Shown: piece by piece, positions 35,989 to 41,612 of the stretch
Layout of the letters: each line of letters starts with the position of its first letter
Numbering within the stretch: position 1 is the first letter of the stretch
From: Patescibacteria group bacterium
GTDB taxonomy: Bacteria > Patescibacteriota > Minisyncoccia > Phycocordibacterales > SBAW01
Direction: 5' to 3'
Length of the DNA: 41,612 nucleotides
Assembly (NCBI GenBank): GCA_028866155.1
Contig: JAGWIT010000003.1
Location: 1-41,612 of the forward strand
Translations under genes and position numbers: made by a program
Notes under the pieces: generated by a model
What the model was told of the DNA's origin: nothing
The model's database searches: none
The model's input: only the letters and a program-made list of their open reading frames with translations

Positions 35989-36022
35989 TGCCCGCCTTGC
36001 GCACAGCGCAGGCGGGCATTTT
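35989..36022 (+). terminator. Intrinsic terminator
   Basis: TGCCCGCCT-TGCGCacaGCGC-AGGCGGGCA-TTTT. Confidence 0.7.
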
Positions 36023-36059
36023 CATGTAAGAATCACACCGCTCGTGCGTATATATAAGC

Positions 36060-36203
36060 ATGAGGGCAAAGATCTGGAACACGCGCGGCATACTCGGGCT
36101 CATCGCGCTGGCGCTTGTTGCCGTGCTTCTCTACTCGGCCGCCGGCGCGTTTATCCTGCACGCCGGCCAGAGCGCAGCTGCCGTGAGCGCCGCCTCAAGA
36201 TAA
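36060..36203 (+). CDS. 47-aa single-TM small protein
   Basis: MRAKIWNTRGILGLIALALVAVLLYSAAGAFILH...; host-like codon usage; below the ORF-track size cutoff. Confidence 0.55.
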   Translation: MRAKIWNTRGILGLIALALVAVLLYSAAGAFILHAGQSAAAVSAASR

Positions 36204-36229
36204 TTTTTTGGGTGCTATACTCAAGCCAA

Positions 36230-36769
36230 ATGGAGGAGAGTTCGTTCCTACACCCCAAGCGGGCGGTACGCGCGGCAAAAATCCACGAAGGCATGCGCGT
36301 TGCCGATTTTAACGCTGGAGCGGGATTTTTTACACGCGCGGCGGCGCGCGCAGCCGGCCCCGAGGGAGTGGTGTGGGCAGTCGACGCCAACCGCGACCTC
36401 CTGCCGCGGATAAAAAACCTCAGCGTCGGCGAAGGGCTGCACAACGTCGAGGTTATGCATGGCGATGTCTCGCGCGCAGAGGGGAGCAACCTGCCGGCAG
36501 AGTCGTTCGATTTTTGCCTTGCGGCCAATCTTTTGTTCGGCGTCGAGGACAAGGCGGCCACCTTGCGCGAGATGCGCCGCGTGCTCAAACCCCGCGGCAA
36601 GGCGCTCGTCATCGATTGGCGAGGCTCTTTTGGGGGCCTCGGGCCGCATCCAAGCCACGTGGTCACGGCGGCCGCCGCCAAAGAGCTGGCTGGGGACGAG
36701 GGCTTTACCATTTTGGAGGATATCCCGGCGGGCGAGTACCACTGGGGATTCGTCGCGCGCAAAAAATAA
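36230..36769 (+). CDS. Class I SAM-dependent methyltransferase
   Basis: VADFNAGAG, VWAVD, RVLKPRG..LVIDW; TGnTATACT directly upstream of ATG 36230. Confidence 0.9.
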   Translation: MEESSFLHPKRAVRAAKIHEGMRVADFNAGAGFFTRAAARAAGPEGVVWAVDANRDLLPRIKNLSVGEGLHNVEVMHGDVSRAEGSNLPAESFDFCLAANLLFGVEDKAATLREMRRVLKPRGKALVIDWRGSFGGLGPHPSHVVTAAAAKELAGDEGFTILEDIPAGEYHWGFVARKK

Positions 36770-36798
36770 ACTGCAGGTACAATGGATAGGGTACGCGC

Positions 36799-38100
36799 AT
36801 GAATCATCTCTCCACATTCCAGATAATAGTCTTCGGCTTGTCTATCTTTTTTCTTATCCTTGGCGTGGGTATCTTTGCCGCGTTTGGCGGGCTTCTCGGG
36901 GGCTCGAGCGTCGGGCCGGTCACGGTGTGGGGCACGATGGACGCCTCGGTCATGAGCAATTTGCTCGCGACCCTGCGCCAATCGGACAAAACATTTGAGA
37001 ACGTGCAGTATATCCAAAAAGACCCTGCGACCTACGACACCAACCTGGTGAGCGCAATGGCCGCAGGCACCGGCCCCGATCTCTTTTTGGTCTCGCAGGA
37101 CACGGTCTCGTCTTTTGCCGACAAGATAAAGGCCATTCCGTACGGCAGCTACTCGCAGGCGCAGTTTACCGGTTCGTTCATCGACGAAGGCCAGCTTTTT
37201 TTGACCAACACTGGCGCGCTGGCTTTGCCGTTTAGCATCGACCCGCTGGTGATGTACTACAACCGCGACCTTTTTGCCGCCGCGGGCCTTGCCCAGGCGC
37301 CCAAATATTGGAATGATTTCCTCACTATCGCGCCAAAAATAACCTCGCTCGATACTAACTCGAATGTTCAAAAAAGCGCCGTCGCGCTCGGGGTGTGGCC
37401 GAACATCGACCATGCCAAGGACATCCTCTCGACGCTCTTTATGCAGGCGGGAGATCCGATAATCGTGCGCGGCTCCGACGGCTCGCTGGTGCCGGTCTTC
37501 GGCCAGACGCCCGTGAACGCGCCGGCCAACCCCGCCGAGTCGGCTCTGCGCTTTTATACCGAGTTCGCCGACCCCTCAAAAACCACCTACTCGTGGAACG
37601 CCTCTTTGCCCGAGGCCTCTATAGCGTTTACCTCCGGCGATGTGGCAGTATACTTCGGTTTTGCCAGCGAATATCCGAGCTTAGCCGCACGCAACCCAAA
37701 CCTGCACTTTAGTGCGGCACTCCTCCCGCAGCTCCAAGGCAACTCCTCTCAGCTGACGTTCGGCGAGCTCACGAGCGTCGCCATATCGCGCACCGCGCAC
37801 AACCCTGCCGGCGCGCTCGCGGTGGCCGAAAAGCTGACCGGCCAGCAAGCGATTTTGCTTTTGACGCAGGCCGAAGGGTTGCCGCCGGTACGCCGCGATG
37901 TCATCGTCGACACCTCGAGCAGCGCCGCCCTGCAGGTGTTCGTGCAGTCGAGCCTGCTCTCCAAAGCGTGGCTTGACCCCGCACCCGCGCAGACAAACGC
38001 CATCTTCAAGACCATGATCGAGTCGGTCATCAGCGGAGCCGAGCAGCCCGCGGGCGCCGTGTCGCTCGGCGCGCAGTCGCTCGCGCAAATTTCGCACTAA
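36799..38100 (+). CDS. Membrane-anchored extracellular solute-binding protein (sugar SBP family)
   Basis: N-terminal TM, AAGTGPDLF, ALPFSIDPLVMYYNRDLF, F.SG.VA.YFG. Confidence 0.9.
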   Translation: MNHLSTFQIIVFGLSIFFLILGVGIFAAFGGLLGGSSVGPVTVWGTMDASVMSNLLATLRQSDKTFENVQYIQKDPATYDTNLVSAMAAGTGPDLFLVSQDTVSSFADKIKAIPYGSYSQAQFTGSFIDEGQLFLTNTGALALPFSIDPLVMYYNRDLFAAAGLAQAPKYWNDFLTIAPKITSLDTNSNVQKSAVALGVWPNIDHAKDILSTLFMQAGDPIIVRGSDGSLVPVFGQTPVNAPANPAESALRFYTEFADPSKTTYSWNASLPEASIAFTSGDVAVYFGFASEYPSLAARNPNLHFSAALLPQLQGNSSQLTFGELTSVAISRTAHNPAGALAVAEKLTGQQAILLLTQAEGLPPVRRDVIVDTSSSAALQVFVQSSLLSKAWLDPAPAQTNAIFKTMIESVISGAEQPAGAVSLGAQSLAQISH

Positions 38101-38101
38101 C

Positions 38102-38323
38102 ATGTCCCACGACCTCATCAACACGGTTATGGCGCTCCTCTTTGCGGTGGCGCTGGTGTGTGTGGGGTGGGGGATGGCGATGTATTTTTATGAGATGGGG
38201 AGCGACGAGGGCAAGAAAGAATACAAGGGCCTGCTTCTCAACAGTGTTTCGGCGCTGGTATTATTGATGATAATCTACGCCGTTTTGGAGTGGCTCAGGG
38301 GAGCCGTGGGCGGATTTTTTTAG
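38102..38323 (+). CDS. VirB2/TrbC-like pilin
   Basis: Two TMs joined by GSDEGKKEYK; first gene of the array. Confidence 0.65.
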   Translation: MSHDLINTVMALLFAVALVCVGWGMAMYFYEMGSDEGKKEYKGLLLNSVSALVLLMIIYAVLEWLRGAVGGFF

Positions 38324-38338
38324 CTATATACTAGAGAC

Positions 38339-38764
38339 ATGAAGCGAATTATTTTTGCAACCATAATTGCCGGGTCGATTATCCTTGTGCCTGTCCTCAC
38401 TTTTGCGCAAAGTAATCCCGCCACCGGTGGTGTGAGTAATCCCGTGTCCGGTGGTCAAACATCCTACACCGTTCAAAACCCGCTCGCGGCTAACAGCTTT
38501 TGCGGCCTTGTCCAAAATTTGCTGAAGGCGGCACTCGCCATCGGCATCCCCATCGCGGTGCTCTTCATAGTCTACGCAGGTTTTAAGTTTGTTCTGGCGC
38601 AGGGCAACTCCACCAAGCTTGAAGAAGCGAGAAACAATTTTATGTGGACAGTCGTCGGCATCGGGATATTCCTCGGCGCATGGCTCTTGGCGAGCGTCGT
38701 TGCCAACACCATCAATGCGCTCGGCTCCGGCGGCAACCAGCCCAACATCATCTCTTGCAATTAA
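38339..38764 (+). CDS. VirB2/TrbC-like pilin with signal peptide
   Basis: NPL, IVYAGFKFVLAQGNSTKLEEARNNFMWTVVG. Confidence 0.85.
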   Translation: MKRIIFATIIAGSIILVPVLTFAQSNPATGGVSNPVSGGQTSYTVQNPLAANSFCGLVQNLLKAALAIGIPIAVLFIVYAGFKFVLAQGNSTKLEEARNNFMWTVVGIGIFLGAWLLASVVANTINALGSGGNQPNIISCN

Positions 38765-38769
38765 TTAAT

Positions 38770-39126
38770 ATGGGACTGCTCAACTCGGGCGCGACATTTG
38801 CTTCGATAGTAGAAAGCGTCATCTTGCTCATCAACCTTCTCTTGGGGGTGCTCGCGGCGCTCGCTATTGTCGTGTTCTTTTACGGTTTGGTCCTCTATGT
38901 ATACAAATCGGGCGACGCCCACGCGCACGAAGAAGGGCGCGAGCGGATAGTGTGGAGCCTTATAGCGCTCTTTGCCCTTTTTTCTATCTGGGGGATCCTG
39001 GCGCTCCTGCAGATATCTTTTTTTGGCGGGACCGTGATGAACTCGGGCACTTATTCGCCTTCGTATGGCAATACGAGTGCCCAAAGTTCTGGCACTTTTC
39101 AATCAAGCAGCAATGCTATCTATTAA
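38770..39126 (+). CDS. VirB2/TrbC-like pilin
   Basis: FFYGLVLYVYKSGD..AHEEGRERIVWSLIALF..SIWGI. Confidence 0.8.
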   Translation: MGLLNSGATFASIVESVILLINLLLGVLAALAIVVFFYGLVLYVYKSGDAHAHEEGRERIVWSLIALFALFSIWGILALLQISFFGGTVMNSGTYSPSYGNTSAQSSGTFQSSSNAIY

Positions 39127-39202
39127 GTGCCTATCCACACGTCATCCTTGTGCGCTTTCGCCCGCCTGTTAGAGTTAGGGAGTAACCACACATCTTATAT
39201 TT

Positions 39203-39565
39203 ATGAAAAAAACAGCACTCGCCGCCGCTTTGCTCTTTGCACTCCCGTTTGTCGCCTTTGCCCAGGCGCTCCAGCCGGTCATGGTTCTCGTTTCTGCAGT
39301 GGGCAATATACTCAACATGCTCATCCCGGTCCTCATCGCGGCGGCATTGGTATTCTTTTTTTATGGTCTTATCAAATATATTCAGCATCCTGAAGGCGGC
39401 GGAGATCATGGCGGGGGCGGAGGCCGTTCAATCATGATAGCCGGCTTGGTGTCGCTCTTTATCATGGTGTCGGTTTGGGGCATTGTGAACCTCGCTCAAA
39501 ACGCGCTCGGCGTGCAGGGCAACGCGCCGGTGCAGGTGCCCCAGGTGCCGCAGGCGTCATACTAA
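39203..39565 (+). CDS. VirB2/TrbC-like pilin with signal peptide
   Basis: AFA cleavage site; FFYGLIKYI...GRSIMIAGLVSLFIMVSVWGIV. Confidence 0.82.
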   Translation: MKKTALAAALLFALPFVAFAQALQPVMVLVSAVGNILNMLIPVLIAAALVFFFYGLIKYIQHPEGGGDHGGGGGRSIMIAGLVSLFIMVSVWGIVNLAQNALGVQGNAPVQVPQVPQASY

Positions 39566-39575
39566 AGGGCTTCTC

Positions 39576-39842
39576 ATGCTCAATACCCAAACGCTCGTCA
39601 ATAACTTCACGAGAGTCATCGTCAATCCGATTATTGCGCTTCTCTTCGCGCTCGGGCTTTTGCTGTTTGCCTGGGGCATCATCGAGTTCTTGATAGGGCT
39701 CAACGCCAGCGGCGATTCGGACAAAAAAGAATCGGGCAAGCGCCACATGCTGTGGGGCATCATCGGGATGTTCATCATGATCTCGGCCTGGGCCATCATC
39801 AAATTCATCGACAGCTCGATAGGTTCCAACGCGCTCGGTTAA
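39576..39842 (+). CDS. VirB2/TrbC-like pilin
   Basis: IVNPII.LLF...FAWGIIEFL...GKRHMLWGIIGMFIM.SAW.II. Confidence 0.82.
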   Translation: MLNTQTLVNNFTRVIVNPIIALLFALGLLLFAWGIIEFLIGLNASGDSDKKESGKRHMLWGIIGMFIMISAWAIIKFIDSSIGSNALG

Positions 39843-39854
39843 TTTTTAGAAAAT

Positions 39855-39889
39855 AAAAAGCGGCAGGCTACTTAAAGCCTGCCGCGTTT
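39855..39889. terminator. Bidirectional terminator
   Basis: AAAAA-GCGGCAGGCT-acttaa-AGCCTGCCGC-GTTT. Confidence 0.8.
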
Positions 39890-39900
39890 GCTGTACAGAT

Positions 39901-40989
39901 CTATCCGCAGACATCGAGCAGATTGCCCGGTGTCCATGGTTTGCAGTGGTTGAGCACTACCACAGCGCTCGCATCCGCGCGGATGGAGACAATGCCCTCG
40001 ATAGGGGGCATTGGTCCTTCACACGTGTGCGCCAGTTGATATCCGCTGGCGTTATACCACCCGACGCATCCTCGCAGTACCTGGCCGCGCAGTTGATATG
40101 CGGGGCTGTTCACTGCAGTGAGGTTGGGGCCATAAGTCAGTGTTTGAGACTGACCAAGGACCCAACCCGAGGGGACCGAAGTGCTCCGAATATTTCCTGC
40201 GGGAGTCGATACTTGCGACAAGAGGTATAAATCCCCTCCAGCCACAATCAATACAAGGAGTACCGCCAGTATCCTCCCCTCGGTGGCGTAAATTGCAATC
40301 CCGATAAGAATCGCGACTACTACTCCGCCTAGAAGCCATACACGCGGGTCGGCACCTAACTGCATAATGGGTCTGCATTCCAGATCCACGACGCACTTGG
40401 TGACGACCTTGAGGTGTTCCTCTCCAACATGAGCAAAGCCCATGATGGAAAAGGCGGCGATTAGCATGACAAAGGCGGCAACTCGCCTCGCTCCAGTGAG
40501 CTTGCCGGTTTCGTTGAGAAGAACGATACCCACGCCGTAGAATCCGAGCATAGAGAGCCCGGCCGGTCCATCGAGCAGCGGTTGTAAGGTGGGGATGCCG
40601 TAGTAGACAGCCACACCAAGAAACAGCGCACACAAAAGTTCGAGATAGGCTTCTTTTCCTTTGCCTACCAGCCACACGATAATCCCGCCCACCACGGCAA
40701 TCGCTACGATGACCGTGATGAAGGAAGGAAACGAGTGTGGCAGCGTCGCTCCGGCGCTGGAAGGCGCCGGAGCGACAGGAGTCGTAGTTGCTGCGTGTCC
40801 ACCGAACAGCAACATGCCGAAATAGACGAGCATGAACACCACCATCGCGGCAGCAGTTGTTGCCGCTGCAATGATAATCGCCCAGTAAAAGAATTTATCA
40901 GCACTAACTCGTGGGGGCAGGCTGATCTCGGGCGGCATCCTTCTCGTCGGTTGCTTTTCAGAGGGTTTTGCTTCAGTGCTTTCCGCCAT
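39901..40989 (-). CDS. Multi-pass membrane protein of unknown function with Cys-containing C-terminal domain
   Basis: About 7 hydrophobic segments; overlaps the upstream gene end. Confidence 0.7.
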   Translation of the reverse strand: MAESTEAKPSEKQPTRRMPPEISLPPRVSADKFFYWAIIIAAATTAAAMVVFMLVYFGMLLFGGHAATTTPVAPAPSSAGATLPHSFPSFITVIVAIAVVGGIIVWLVGKGKEAYLELLCALFLGVAVYYGIPTLQPLLDGPAGLSMLGFYGVGIVLLNETGKLTGARRVAAFVMLIAAFSIMGFAHVGEEHLKVVTKCVVDLECRPIMQLGADPRVWLLGGVVVAILIGIAIYATEGRILAVLLVLIVAGGDLYLLSQVSTPAGNIRSTSVPSGWVLGQSQTLTYGPNLTAVNSPAYQLRGQVLRGCVGWYNASGYQLAHTCEGPMPPIEGIVSIRADASAVVVLNHCKPWTPGNLLDVCG

Positions 40990-41612
40990 CTTTTTCTCCT
41001 TCGGCAGTGGGGAATTTTGATGCGATGTTGTCGGCAGCCGCTATTATCCTGCCGGCATGCTCAGCTACTTGTTGGAGTCCTTTGCCGACATGAATTTCGA
41101 GAATATTCTTCTTCACATCGGCCTCTTTGTTGAGGATCAACACGTTATTCATCGCTTCACCACCTTCCATCGCAAGCTTCTTGGCCATGGTTTTGGCTTG
41201 TTTTGTCATTCGGACAACTGTTTTCTCGACGATTCGCGCCTGCTGATAATCTCCATGCAGCTTTGGCGGTCCGAGTGTGGAGATTTCGATGTTGGCACCG
41301 ACGCGTGATTCGATGGTGTTGCCAAATGCATCTCGGTGGCGTTTTTTTTCGGGTGCTCCCTCCATGGCTTTCAAGAGCTCCGCTTGGATTTCCACCGCCT
41401 TTTTCTCGGTGAGAATATCTTTTTCTTTACATCCAAGCGTCTCTTCAGAGATCGTATTTTCGACGATGTCCTTAACCGCCTCCTCAACATCTCCTTGGTC
41501 GAAACGGATGTTAAGGGGCAAGAGTGGAAGGAATGGACCCCATTGCGCGGTCCAGTTGAAGGTGAACGGAATGCCATCGACAATGAAGTCGGATGACTTC
41601 GCCACCTTCTTT
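40973..41612 (-). CDS. Possible SPFH/band-7-like protein, C-terminal part (5' end outside window)
   Basis: Frame open to the window edge; pattern resembles an SPFH domain followed by a helical region. Confidence 0.5.
   Translation of the reverse strand, partial: KKVAKSSDFIVDGIPFTFNWTAQWGPFLPLLPLNIRFDQGDVEEAVKDIVENTISEETLGCKEKDILTEKKAVEIQAELLKAMEGAPEKKRHRDAFGNTIESRVGANIEISTLGPPKLHGDYQQARIVEKTVVRMTKQAKTMAKKLAMEGGEAMNNVLILNKEADVKKNILEIHVGKGLQQVAEHAGRIIAAADNIASKFPTAEGEKDGGKH

Noticed and set aside
36151-37413. 420-aa minus-strand ORF
   Set aside because: Antisense to the methyltransferase and SBP genes; a GC-rich codon artefact.

Overview
Bacterial chromosome segment, most likely Patescibacteria/CPR (Parcubacteria-like). 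This is inferred from the compact gene layout, the VirB2/TrbC-like pilin array, the degenerate HisRS paralogue and SD-poor starts; the genetic code is standard. The left ~19.6 kb is accessory DNA anchored on two minus-strand tRNAs, tRNA-Ser(CGA) at 9849-9936 and tRNA-Glu(UUC) at 19513-19584. 1-9848 holds a terminase 3' end, a hairpin-dense intergenic region, an intact large serine recombinase (LSR), and an ECF-sigma/MacAB/DUF5666 module with four copies of one promoter motif. 9987-19517 is an island inserted in the 3' end of tRNA-Glu. It carries a folate/glutamylation-like operon, a defence-like block (AbiV-like, Qng1, NUDIX, Mrr, XRE) and an N-terminally deleted LSR. Main observation: this LSR gene crosses the attachment core (GTGACC). 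When integrated it ends in antisense tRNA sequence. Two orphan ~90-bp repeats at the far junctions (9987, 12960) supply an in-frame alternative C-terminus whose copies differ almost only at synonymous positions. Excision would therefore swap the recombinase tail and restore the encoded CCA of tRNA-Glu. The right ~22 kb is core genome (trxB-like, ftsZ, ftsA, ybeY, rpsU, HisRS-like, lepB, pth, rpsA, gyrA, a nucleotide-housekeeping cluster, a solute-binding protein, a pilin array and an SPFH-like gene). All calls come from reading motifs by eye; no database searches were run.
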